A stretch of 64,000 nt of DNA. Origin: a virus. The position numbers were made by a program, and so were the translations under genes. Of the stretch, positions 38,585-47,188 are shown piece after piece. Location: IMG/VR virus record IMGVR_UViG_3300031334_000002, positions 16,106 to 80,105 of that record, one strand, 5' to 3'. The notes beneath the pieces were generated by a model that was not told the DNA's origin, did no database searches, and was given only the letters and a program-made list of their open reading frames with translations. Positions within the stretch are counted from its first letter, which is position 1. The number at the start of each line of letters is the position of its first letter.

Positions 38585-39070
38585 ATGAAAAAACTAATCG
38601 CATTGGCTACTCTAGTTTTACTAACAAGTTGCGGGAAAGACATTTCAGTTATTGAAACTTTTAAAACTCAAGATTTCGAAGGTTTCTATTTTTGCGACAA
38701 TCAATCAAGTTTAGAATTACTAGTTGATTTTAACAATAGAGTGACATTTGAAACAAGCGGTCAATCTCTTAATACCGTTAATCCAGTTAACGACACACTA
38801 GGGACACATCCAACAATTGGAGAAAGGGATTTATTGATGGCTAACAATAAACTAATAGTTACACCTAGAAACTACAACTATAATTCAGCCACACACGATA
38901 TCGAAGAGGACATTGGTGGGTCCGACATCAATGGTAACAGACGCACGGACTTAGAGGTAGTTTTGGTTAAAGAAAAGGAAGTGAACATTACTATCAGCAT
39001 TTTTGCTAATGCTGTAAATTCAAATGTCAATAATGTTGTAGTAAAAAGAACAATTAATTGTAAAAAATAA
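38585..39070 (+). CDS. Lipoprotein
   Basis: MKKLIALATLVLLTSC lipobox. Confidence 0.7.
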   Translation: MKKLIALATLVLLTSCGKDISVIETFKTQDFEGFYFCDNQSSLELLVDFNNRVTFETSGQSLNTVNPVNDTLGTHPTIGERDLLMANNKLIVTPRNYNYNSATHDIEEDIGGSDINGNRRTDLEVVLVKEKEVNITISIFANAVNSNVNNVVVKRTINCKK

Positions 39071-39071
39071 G

Positions 39072-39099
39072 TTGACAATAATAACGCATAGTGTATAAT
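39072..39099 (+). promoter_or_regulatory. sigma70 promoter
   Basis: TTGACA-16-TATAAT, spacer ACGCATAGTG. Confidence 0.65.
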
Positions 39100-39125
39100 T
39101 AAAGTAAGTCAAAAAGGGGGTATTT

Positions 39126-39320
39126 ATGGCATCACAAAATTATCTAAATACTCAAGAAGGTGAAACTACGGAATTGGTTCAAATTTTCCTACCTACCATA
39201 GATACCCCCCCTTCTATTTCTCGTTTACATGAGCTGAGGATGACGAAAAGAGTAATGGACAAAGTAAAGAAACAAAGCGAAACATTTTATAGATATAACG
39301 ACAAGGAGAATGTAGCATGA
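39126..39320 (+). CDS. Hypothetical protein
   Basis: Own promoter; GGGGG RBS. Confidence 0.5.
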   Translation: MASQNYLNTQEGETTELVQIFLPTIDTPPSISRLHELRMTKRVMDKVKKQSETFYRYNDKENVA

Positions 39321-39483
39321 AAGGATTAAATAGTCAGAATTTTTTCTATTTAGGATTACTAATTGGTTTATCTATTTTAATAATTATGCAGGAGCTACTG
39401 GAATGGTTTATTGGATAACAAAACATTTAATTTTATTGTACTTTTTAATTTTTATAATCAATCAAGCTTAATAGGAGCATAAC

Positions 39484-40125
39484 ATGGCAGATAAAAAAGG
39501 GAACACTGGTTACAGGAACACTGGTTACAGGAACACTGGTGACATGAACACTGGTAACTATAACAATGGTGACAGTAACACTGGTAGCTGTAACACTGGT
39601 TACAGGAACACTGGTAACATGAACACTGGTAACATGAACACTGGTAGCTGGAACACTGGTAACATGAACACTGGTAGCTGGAACACTGGTAACTGGAACA
39701 CTGGTAACTATAACACTGGTAGCTGTAACACAACAACACCTAATGTTAGATTATTTAACAAAGAAACAGACTGGAAATTTACGGGGACGAAGTACGCATC
39801 TTTTTTGAATAAAATTTATAAATACCAATGTAATCTTTGTAGGTGGGTATATAGTAAAGACATGACACTTGAAGAGAAAAGGGACCATAAGACACACGAA
39901 ACTACAGGAGGTTATTTAAAAGTGTTAAAATCTAAATACAACGAAAAAGAAGTCTCAAAAGAGGACATTGATTACTTTGAAAGTCTTCCTAACTTTTGTC
40001 CTAAGATACTAGAGGAGACTACTGGAATTGTATTAAATAAAACCAAAACAATAGAAATTGACGGAGAGACCATTGAAATTAGTCTAGATAGTTTTAATCA
40101 ATTAAAGAAAAGTTTACTTAAATAG
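39484..40125 (+). CDS. NTGxx pentapeptide-repeat protein, copy 1
   Basis: 15 NTGxx repeats; C-terminal domain homologous to 53496-54182. Confidence 0.75.
   Translation: MADKKGNTGYRNTGYRNTGDMNTGNYNNGDSNTGSCNTGYRNTGNMNTGNMNTGSWNTGNMNTGSWNTGNWNTGNYNTGSCNTTTPNVRLFNKETDWKFTGTKYASFLNKIYKYQCNLCRWVYSKDMTLEEKRDHKTHETTGGYLKVLKSKYNEKEVSKEDIDYFESLPNFCPKILEETTGIVLNKTKTIEIDGETIEISLDSFNQLKKSLLK
39502..39726 (+). repeat. 15 x 15-bp coding tandem repeat AACACTGGT-N6
   Basis: Directly visible in sequence. Confidence 0.9.
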
Positions 40126-40135
40126 GAGAAGGACT

Positions 40136-40546
40136 ATGCGTCAAGTTGTATTTACAGAATTTTTTATCTTTTCAGCACATAAAAAGGGACTCTCGGTAAA
40201 CGAGAATCATAAGAGGTCTAGAGAGCTTTGGAATGTTTTAACAGATTTAGGTGTCAACTTTGTTAACGTGGGAGGATGTTATAAAGACGATAAACAACAA
40301 TCAATTATGTTACTAGACGGGAATGAGGAAACTGTAAAAGAGCTATGCGGCTTATATGATCAAGAAAGCTACTTGCATAGAAGTGCGGATAACTCCGTTT
40401 TACTTAAAATGTTAGAAGGGGAAATTATAGAGTTAGGAGAACCATTGGTAATAACTCAAAATGAACTAAACGATTTTGAAAGTTACACAATTTTACCTCA
40501 AAAAAATGGCACTAATCTGTATTTTACTTTTAAAAAGGTACAATAA
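40136..40546 (+). CDS. SAM lyase/hydrolase-like protein (T3 SAMase-like)
   Basis: FSA......EN..R...L...L...G......G.Y.....S.........L...YDQESYL pattern. Confidence 0.55.
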   Translation: MRQVVFTEFFIFSAHKKGLSVNENHKRSRELWNVLTDLGVNFVNVGGCYKDDKQQSIMLLDGNEETVKELCGLYDQESYLHRSADNSVLLKMLEGEIIELGEPLVITQNELNDFESYTILPQKNGTNLYFTFKKVQ

Positions 40547-40549
40547 AGG

Positions 40550-40578
40550 TTGACAAGTAATGACACATAGTGTATACT
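40550..40578 (+). promoter_or_regulatory. sigma70 promoter
   Basis: TTGACA-17-TATACT containing ATGACACATAGTG. Confidence 0.75.
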
Positions 40579-40590
40579 TAGGTAAGGGAG

Positions 40591-41145
40591 ATGAGAATGA
40601 ACTACAGCAAGAACATTGAAAATATCTTTAAGCAAGCAAAACCTTATCAGATCGCTCAAGGCAAAAATTGGTATAGACAAGCTAATGCGTTTTGTGAAGA
40701 AATTTCACAAAGTCATAATTTGCCTACTTGGAAAGTGGCGTTAATTGTTTCTGCATTGTCACCTAGAAATAAATGGCATAGAAATAAACTAGACGCTATC
40801 AATCTAATTGAAAAACAATTAGACGGGAAGTATTCAACTTTTAATTCTAATAGAGATAAGGCTATCAATATTCTAGGTTGTGAGAATATATTACAAGGGC
40901 TATCTCTACTAGGTAAAGGTAAGAAAACACGAGCTTTCTTTTTTAACATCTATAACCCAAAAAGTAAGGTTGTTTGCGTAGACTCGTGGGCGTGTAGGAT
41001 AGCTGGACATCCAAAAGACTCACCTACTCCTAAGCAATATGACGTTATAAGTGACGCATATAAAAAGGTAGCAAGTAAGTTTAACATGACGGCTAGTGAA
41101 TTACAGGCAATTACTTGGTGTGTATTTAGAGGAGCTGCGGCATGA
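40591..41145 (+). CDS. Conserved phage protein with HhH-glycosylase-like features (DUF7178-like)
   Basis: G..WY, SALSP...W..N, G.KT..F, VCVDSW..R, LQAITW motifs. Confidence 0.55.
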   Translation: MRMNYSKNIENIFKQAKPYQIAQGKNWYRQANAFCEEISQSHNLPTWKVALIVSALSPRNKWHRNKLDAINLIEKQLDGKYSTFNSNRDKAINILGCENILQGLSLLGKGKKTRAFFFNIYNPKSKVVCVDSWACRIAGHPKDSPTPKQYDVISDAYKKVASKFNMTASELQAITWCVFRGAAA

Positions 41146-41267
41146 TGATATTTTTAACATGTAACGATTGTAACGAAGAGGTAGAGGTCTATTGTGATGG
41201 TGACGGTCCTATGATGTGTCCAGAGTGTATGAGTATTGATAACTTTAGTGAGGTGGATTATGAATAA
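41142..41267 (+). CDS. Small zinc-ribbon protein (41 aa)
   Basis: CNDC...CPEC; ATGA overlap. Confidence 0.5.
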   Translation: MMIFLTCNDCNEEVEVYCDGDGPMMCPECMSIDNFSEVDYE

Positions 41268-41523
41268 ACGAGAACAATTAAAAAAAGAATTAAAAGGTAA
41301 ATTTTTTACAGTAGTATTCACTAAGAAAAACGGCACACTTAGGAAAATGAATGCAAGACTTGGTGTTACTAAACATTTAAAAGGTGGCAGTAAGTCTTTT
41401 AATGACGCTGATTTTAATTATCTAACAGTCTTTGACCTACAAAAGAAAGCTTATAGAACTGTAAACCTAAACACTGTAAAAAAGATAACCTGTAAAAAAG
41501 ACTTGACGCATCTTGTTAATTAG
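41260..41523 (+). CDS. SH3/WYL-like beta-barrel protein
   Basis: FFTVVFTKKNGTLRKMNA...VFDL....YRTV pattern; start re-assigned to 41260. Confidence 0.6.
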   Translation: MNKREQLKKELKGKFFTVVFTKKNGTLRKMNARLGVTKHLKGGSKSFNDADFNYLTVFDLQKKAYRTVNLNTVKKITCKKDLTHLVN

Positions 41524-41531
41524 GATATAAT
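41503..41531 (+). promoter_or_regulatory. sigma70 promoter
   Basis: TTGACG-17-TATAAT. Confidence 0.65.
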
Positions 41532-41548
41532 ATAAATAGGAGGTAATT

Positions 41549-41755
41549 ATGAACTTAAACGAAAAAGATTTTAAATTAATTATCAAAAGCTTAGAACTTC
41601 TTACAAAAGAAGCCGACAGTCAAAAAAGCAAACAATACATAGTAGAACTTAGGGATTACTTTTCGAATGCGCTTTGTGATATGTTACCCCTAGAAACAAC
41701 TAAAGAAGATTGTCCAGACTATAATAGACTAACAGTAGAGGAGAGTAACAAATGA
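41549..41755 (+). CDS. Hypothetical protein
   Basis: GGAGG RBS. Confidence 0.55.
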   Translation: MNLNEKDFKLIIKSLELLTKEADSQKSKQYIVELRDYFSNALCDMLPLETTKEDCPDYNRLTVEESNK

Positions 41756-43716
41756 AATACCAAACTTCAGAAAATAAACTAATACAGTCACAGAAAACTA
41801 TGTCGGTAGAGTTGAGCCTTAATGACACAAAAAAGGCTATTGAACTTCTTTACTCTCAATACAGAAATCCAATTAGAACTACCGTACAGGAAATTGTATC
41901 CAATGCTTTTGATGCGATGACGCAATCTGGCAAGGAAAATGTGCCTATAAAAATACAAGTACCTAACGAAATAAATGACTTTATGTTTGGTGTTAGGGAT
42001 TACGGCAATAGTATGGATGATCATACTATAAAAACAGTTTATATGAGAGTAAACGCTACGACAAAAGGCGCAAGTAACAATCAAATAGGAGGATTTGGTA
42101 TTGGCTCTAAGACACCTTGGAGTTACACCGACACGTTTATATTGAAAACCTTTTTAAATGGAGTAGAGACTCATTACGTGCTTGTTAAGGGTAGAAATAC
42201 AGTGCAAATAGGTTACAAAGGTGAGACTGAAGAAGATAATGGCACTGAGGTACTTTTTAAAACTAAAAGACAAGACGTTGATTCATTTAAGTCTGCCATT
42301 AGTCGAATTAGTTTGCTAGCTAAGACTAAACCACAAGTAAATGGACACGTTAGAAATAAAGTGCTTAACAAAATCGAAGCTTCTAGTAACATATTTTTGA
42401 TTGACAATTACATTGATTCCGAGATCTCTAAGGTTTTTGTGAGTATGGGAGGAGTTTTGTATAGAATATGTCGTAATGATTTCCCACTACCTTTAATAGG
42501 TCAAATAACTACAGGACTAAAAAATTGTAATCTCATTATAACCTTACCTATTGGATCATTGATGCCACTACAGACAAGGGAGGGGTTATTCACACAAGGA
42601 GACGAGGGACAAAATAACAAAACAATACTAAAAAAAATCCTAAAATCCACTTATGATAAATTAGTAGCCCTAGAGACAAAAGAAAAAAGTAAAATTGTTG
42701 ATATAGAGACCGCAATAAACTATAATGCGACGGCTAAATTTACCTTAGAACATAAAGAGTTTTCTTTTGGTAAAGTAAAGGTAAATTGTAGAAATCAAAT
42801 TGACGTATCAGAGTTCAAGGTAAAAAACCTATTTAGCATTATTACAAGGAAAAGGAAGCGTTATGGACAAGGCAAAAATTTGACTGCAAGAAAAGATACT
42901 CAAAATTGGATTACCATAGGAGAGAAAACCGTCATGTTTAGTGAAGTTTCACCCAATATAGCTAAACTAAATAAAAGACTTTGCGAGATTACATATAAAG
43001 AAGACGTTGTTGTTCTTGAAAAACATTTATTTGAAAACCAAGAAACTTACGAAATGCTTAAACTTCAATTAAAAGCGATTGATGTTCTCAAGATCGAAGT
43101 GCCTAAGGTAACTAGAACTTTATCCAGTAGTTACAAGAGAGATAGTAATGAGGTTGTTTTATATAATTATGACAATAGCAGATCACATAGCGTATACCTT
43201 GACGAAGGGTTTAAATCTCCGACCATCATAAGAAAAAAAGGTGACAACAATGGTATATTTACAGCTAAACATTTAGGTGTACTTGGTTATGACGTTTATT
43301 ATGTTGCACCTTCTAACTTTAAGAAATTTAAAGGTGTTAGTAATGTATTTAATGATTCGGACGTAAATGACCTAACACCATTAAGAAAGGAGTATGTTAT
43401 ATGTTTTGCTAACAGGGTAACTAAAAATATTCAACTACAATGGGACTCTGAAAAAATAGAGCTATTACCTGAAAATAAGAGAATCTTATTTAAAACTAAA
43501 ACGACTACATTAGATCATTATAATTTCTACGGAATAGAAAAGCTACTAAAAACGAATAAATTCGATAAAGAAATGAGAAGGGAGATAAAAAGAAAAATAA
43601 GAGCTTTCAATTTAGAAAAAAAATTACCTTTAGTTGGGGTAGTAGAATCTTATGACATTGATGGTCAAATAGCTACAGAATTAAAAACCTACATAAACAA
43701 TAAATTGGGAGAATAG
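41752..43716 (+). CDS. rIIA: rIIA-like protein with GHKL (Hsp90-type) ATPase domain
   Basis: QEIVSNAFDA, VRDYG.SM, GGFGIGSK, NGTEV motifs; adjacent rIIB-like gene. Confidence 0.8.
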   Translation: MKYQTSENKLIQSQKTMSVELSLNDTKKAIELLYSQYRNPIRTTVQEIVSNAFDAMTQSGKENVPIKIQVPNEINDFMFGVRDYGNSMDDHTIKTVYMRVNATTKGASNNQIGGFGIGSKTPWSYTDTFILKTFLNGVETHYVLVKGRNTVQIGYKGETEEDNGTEVLFKTKRQDVDSFKSAISRISLLAKTKPQVNGHVRNKVLNKIEASSNIFLIDNYIDSEISKVFVSMGGVLYRICRNDFPLPLIGQITTGLKNCNLIITLPIGSLMPLQTREGLFTQGDEGQNNKTILKKILKSTYDKLVALETKEKSKIVDIETAINYNATAKFTLEHKEFSFGKVKVNCRNQIDVSEFKVKNLFSIITRKRKRYGQGKNLTARKDTQNWITIGEKTVMFSEVSPNIAKLNKRLCEITYKEDVVVLEKHLFENQETYEMLKLQLKAIDVLKIEVPKVTRTLSSSYKRDSNEVVLYNYDNSRSHSVYLDEGFKSPTIIRKKGDNNGIFTAKHLGVLGYDVYYVAPSNFKKFKGVSNVFNDSDVNDLTPLRKEYVICFANRVTKNIQLQWDSEKIELLPENKRILFKTKTTTLDHYNFYGIEKLLKTNKFDKEMRREIKRKIRAFNLEKKLPLVGVVESYDIDGQIATELKTYINNKLGE

Positions 43717-43717
43717 C

Positions 43718-44482
43718 ATGCCAACTGTATTTATTACAAATAAAACTATGACAGTTATTAACAAAGGTAAAATAGAAATAGTAGATTTGAATACTGATCT
43801 AGGTAAGGAATGTTTAATTGCATATCAAGATGATGACATTGATGATATTATTTTTATGATAAACGAAGATAAAATTTTAGGAGATGATGTAGAAGAATCA
43901 ACAACCGGAAACATATTAATAGAAGGGGTAGAGTTAGAAGTTGACCTAGCTAACAAAGTTCGACAATTTAAAAACGAAAACGTTCCTTTTGATCACCTTC
44001 TAAAGTTCGCGGAAAGGGTAAAAGATAACCCCTCTTTTAACAGTAGGAAGATGCTGTATAAGTTTTTAGAACATAACGGTCATCCTATCACAAAAACAGG
44101 GACTTTTCTTGCTTATAAAAAGGTTACGCATGATTTTAAGGATTTACATACTAAATCTTTTGATAATTCAATTGGTAACGTAGTAGAGATGGATAGGAAT
44201 CTAGTAGATGATAATCCGAATAATACCTGTTCTAGTGGGTTACATGTTGCATCTTTTGGGTATGCAAAAGACTTCGGAAATGGTAAGCTACTCTTAGTAG
44301 AGGTTGCTCCAGAGGACGTAGTCAGCGTTCCAGTAGACTACAAAGGCACAAAGATGAGAACTTCTAGGTACACCGTGTTAAGTGAAGTTAACGAAGAATT
44401 AGACGGTCTAATAGTGGAGGATCGCGACGAATCATTTGAAGAAGATTGGAGTATTGACTATGATGGTAGTTTGTATTGGTGA
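43718..44482 (+). CDS. rIIB: rIIB-like protein
   Basis: G.FLAYKKV...DLHT...NSIG..VEM.R..VDD.P..TCS.GLHV and DVVSVP.DY...KMR. Confidence 0.8.
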   Translation: MPTVFITNKTMTVINKGKIEIVDLNTDLGKECLIAYQDDDIDDIIFMINEDKILGDDVEESTTGNILIEGVELEVDLANKVRQFKNENVPFDHLLKFAERVKDNPSFNSRKMLYKFLEHNGHPITKTGTFLAYKKVTHDFKDLHTKSFDNSIGNVVEMDRNLVDDNPNNTCSSGLHVASFGYAKDFGNGKLLLVEVAPEDVVSVPVDYKGTKMRTSRYTVLSEVNEELDGLIVEDRDESFEEDWSIDYDGSLYW

Positions 44483-44491
44483 GGAGTAGAA

Positions 44492-44635
44492 ATGAAATGG
44501 ATATTTTTAATTGTCACAATTAGTACTTTAGCTAGCGAGGTCTGTTACGAAGTGACTTGCACAAGAGTAACTAATGGTGTAACTTTATACACAACAGCAT
44601 GTAACTACTGTCCGATAGGTTGGACACAAGAATAG
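44492..44635 (+). CDS. Small secreted 4-Cys peptide (47 aa)
   Basis: GAGGAG RBS; MKWIFLIVTISTLA signal-like N-terminus. Confidence 0.55.
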   Translation: MKWIFLIVTISTLASEVCYEVTCTRVTNGVTLYTTACNYCPIGWTQE

Positions 44636-44642
44636 GAGAGAT

Positions 44643-44867
44643 ATGAGAACTTTTAAGAAATACGCTAACAGAAAGCTTTATAGCACTCAGGATAGTAAGT
44701 ATGTAAACCTTACTCAATTGTACAATGAAGTAAAAGGCGGAGTGACCGTTATCGTTACTGAAAATAAGACTGGTAGGGATGTTACACTAGAGACTCTAAA
44801 ACAGGCTGTAATGCGTTGTAAACCTATGAGCTTAGATAGTGTAGAAGAATTAATTAGAAACGATTAG
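44643..44867 (+). CDS. PhaR-type (PHA regulator) N-terminal DNA-binding domain protein
   Basis: KKYANRKLY.T..SKYV.L......V..G..V.V...KTG.DVT..TL signature. Confidence 0.8.
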   Translation: MRTFKKYANRKLYSTQDSKYVNLTQLYNEVKGGVTVIVTENKTGRDVTLETLKQAVMRCKPMSLDSVEELIRND

Positions 44868-44875
44868 GAGGCATA

Positions 44876-45103
44876 ATGAAGTACGCTGAGAGCACATTGA
44901 TGTTACAGTCTATATTAGATAAACTCATTATGGACCATAATGTGGATACTGAACTAAGAGCTGACATTGATGGATATCAAGTTGCTATGTTTGATTATGA
45001 AACTCAAGAAATGTTGGCTAGTTTTAGTGGTGAGGATGAAAAAGAACTAATAGTTAACATGGCACTAGGTAATTTCATTGGCAGAAGAAGACTTTCATGG
45101 TAG
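44876..45103 (+). CDS. Hypothetical protein
   Basis: GGAGG RBS. Confidence 0.55.
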   Translation: MKYAESTLMLQSILDKLIMDHNVDTELRADIDGYQVAMFDYETQEMLASFSGEDEKELIVNMALGNFIGRRRLSW

Positions 45104-45294
45104 TGTTATATGTGTTTTTACTTGTAGTACTTTCTTGGTTATTTTCGGTTCATCATGTGGAAAGAGCACATAAGATAGTGGAAAGGTGTAGGATAGAAAG
45201 AACATCTAGGTATAGAAAGTTAAAAAAAGAATTGTTTATAGAAAGAGAACATGTTAAACTACTAGTGAGTTCAGCAGCAAGGAGAGTGAAGTGA
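45097..45294 (+). CDS. Small membrane-anchored protein
   Basis: N-terminal TM helix; coupled. Confidence 0.5.
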   Translation: MVVLYVFLLVVLSWLFSVHHVERAHKIVERCRIERTSRYRKLKKELFIEREHVKLLVSSAARRVK

Positions 45295-46178
45295 TAACAA
45301 TAAGAACTCAGAGAGAATGGGATGAGCTACCAGAATTGTTCGATGAGTTTACCGTGATTGAAATAAGGTCGGAAGAATGGGTTAAGATAAGAAAGACACC
45401 TGAAAACTCTCGTGTTGAGGCATGGGGCTCTTCTCGTGTTGAGGCAAGGGGCTCTTCTCGTGTTGAGGCAAGGGGCTCTTCTCGTGTTGAGGCATGGGGT
45501 TCTTCTCATGTTGAGGCATGGGGTTTTTCTCGTGTTGTGGCATGGGGCTCTTCTCGTGTTACGGCATGGGGCTCTTCTGTTTGTGATAACGGGTCAACAA
45601 ACACTCAAATTCAAGCAGGAGACAATTCTACACTATATCTAAATGTCGAGCCGGCACACTTTAAGGCTGAAGACACGGTAAATATTATCAGGGAGTTTAT
45701 TTCGCCTTCTTTCGAGCGGTGGCTGAGTCGTGGTTGGGTTGTTGCCGACGGTATTAGACAAAAATTGGTCAGCAAAAAATCCCTTGGCAACATTACAATT
45801 TACACCACTGAGGATTTTTGGGGCGAGACTTTTTACGTCGCACAGCTTGGTGATAAGTTCGCACACGCAAATTCTATTGAAGAAGCAAAAAATGACCTTA
45901 GGTACAAAATTTCTGACAGAGATAAGTCACACTACGAAAGCTGGACGCTCGAAACCAGCGCAAAGGTAGACGATATGATTGAGGCGTATAGAGTAATAAC
46001 CGGTGCGTGTTCGACTGGCACGAAAATGTTTTGTGAAGGACGCGAGCTGAAGGATGACTACACGGTTAAAGAGGTGATTGATTTAACTAAAGGACAATAT
46101 GCAAGCGAACAGTTTTCGCAGTTTTTTAAGAGCAAGCAAGGAGAGTTTTTAGCTAAGATTAATGGAGGTGAGAAATGA
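45291..46178 (+). CDS. Octapeptide-repeat (SSRVEAWG) beta-helix protein
   Basis: About 7 repeats; C-terminal YRVITGACSTGT domain. Confidence 0.65.
   Translation: MITIRTQREWDELPELFDEFTVIEIRSEEWVKIRKTPENSRVEAWGSSRVEARGSSRVEARGSSRVEAWGSSHVEAWGFSRVVAWGSSRVTAWGSSVCDNGSTNTQIQAGDNSTLYLNVEPAHFKAEDTVNIIREFISPSFERWLSRGWVVADGIRQKLVSKKSLGNITIYTTEDFWGETFYVAQLGDKFAHANSIEEAKNDLRYKISDRDKSHYESWTLETSAKVDDMIEAYRVITGACSTGTKMFCEGRELKDDYTVKEVIDLTKGQYASEQFSQFFKSKQGEFLAKINGGEK
45408..45578 (+). repeat. About 7 x 24-bp coding tandem repeat
   Basis: TCTCGTGTTGAGGCATGGGGCTCT units. Confidence 0.85.
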
Positions 46179-46363
46179 AATACTTAATATTACTATTGTT
46201 TATGGGGTGCGCAACACCAAGACCTGAGGTAACTACACCAAAACAAATAGTATTCAAAAGTAAGCAGGTCCGAATTATGGAATGTCTACAATTCGTAAAG
46301 TCAATGGAAAGTGATGATAAATTTGCAGGTGAGTTCTGTAGAGGTATCTACAAGGAGGATTAG
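46175..46363 (+). CDS. Small lipoprotein
   Basis: MKYLILLLFMGC lipobox. Confidence 0.6.
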   Translation: MKYLILLLFMGCATPRPEVTTPKQIVFKSKQVRIMECLQFVKSMESDDKFAGEFCRGIYKED

Positions 46364-46950
46364 TGTACGTATGTCAATGTGATCCAAGTAAGGATGACGC
46401 TTTAGAAGCAGTGGGTTCTTTTAGACAGGTGGAAGTAGATGGTGAAGGGATATGTAATGAGTGTGGGTATTATGCATTATTCACTACCACCTTTCAGGGA
46501 TCTGCCATGAGAGGAATGTTCGATTCACAAGGATGTACTATTTTTACGAGCAATAAATTGTTTACTTATTTTGAAAACATTAGACACATAGAGTCAAAGT
46601 ATCAACTTTATAAGATTAGAAAAGGACTCTCGGAAAATGGATACTATAATGGTAAAAATTACACTGTCATCCTAGGTCATAAAAATGAACTACCTGAAGA
46701 GTTAAAATTTAGTGAACCTAAACCTATATACGTTTTTAAAACTACAGGAAGCTTTGAAGGAGTATACGATACCCAAAAAGCGGTAACAGATGGCACTGGT
46801 GTATCAAAAGAGATCGTAAGGAAATGCTTAAAAGACGGTCAGTGGAAAACTAAGAAAGGGTTTATTATTACTTATAATAAAAACCTAAACGTACAAGAAC
46901 ATCTTAAAAATATAAAAAAATTAAGGGACCAAGAAGAAATCGATTACTAA
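46363..46950 (+). CDS. Protein with N-terminal Cys motifs and NUMOD1-like HTH domain
   Basis: PIYVF...G.F.G.Y.T......TGV....V..CL pattern. Confidence 0.5.
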   Translation: MYVCQCDPSKDDALEAVGSFRQVEVDGEGICNECGYYALFTTTFQGSAMRGMFDSQGCTIFTSNKLFTYFENIRHIESKYQLYKIRKGLSENGYYNGKNYTVILGHKNELPEELKFSEPKPIYVFKTTGSFEGVYDTQKAVTDGTGVSKEIVRKCLKDGQWKTKKGFIITYNKNLNVQEHLKNIKKLRDQEEIDY

Positions 46951-46960
46951 AGGTGATAGA

Positions 46961-47188
46961 ATGTTTAAAATAGAAGACGTATATTTTGATGAACTAGATT
47001 ATTTTTTTAACTACGAGTTTGATTTTCCTAATGATGAAACTTTTCCACTAGATAATAAACAGAAAGAGATTGACACAGGGTATTGTTCATGTAATAATAG
47101 GAAAGAGACTAAGGTTCTAATTATGAACGAAGTTGTATATGTATGTAAAAAAGCCGATGGTGGCTGTGGTCGAGAAATAAAAAAATGA
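46961..47188 (+). CDS. Hypothetical Cys-containing protein
   Basis: CSC...CKK...CG; coupled. Confidence 0.5.
   Translation: MFKIEDVYFDELDYFFNYEFDFPNDETFPLDNKQKEIDTGYCSCNNRKETKVLIMNEVVYVCKKADGGCGREIKK

Noticed and set aside
39458-39739. Cys-rich minus-strand ORF (YQCS repeats) and alternative-frame ORFs over 45327-45969
   Set aside because: Shadows of the coding tandem repeats
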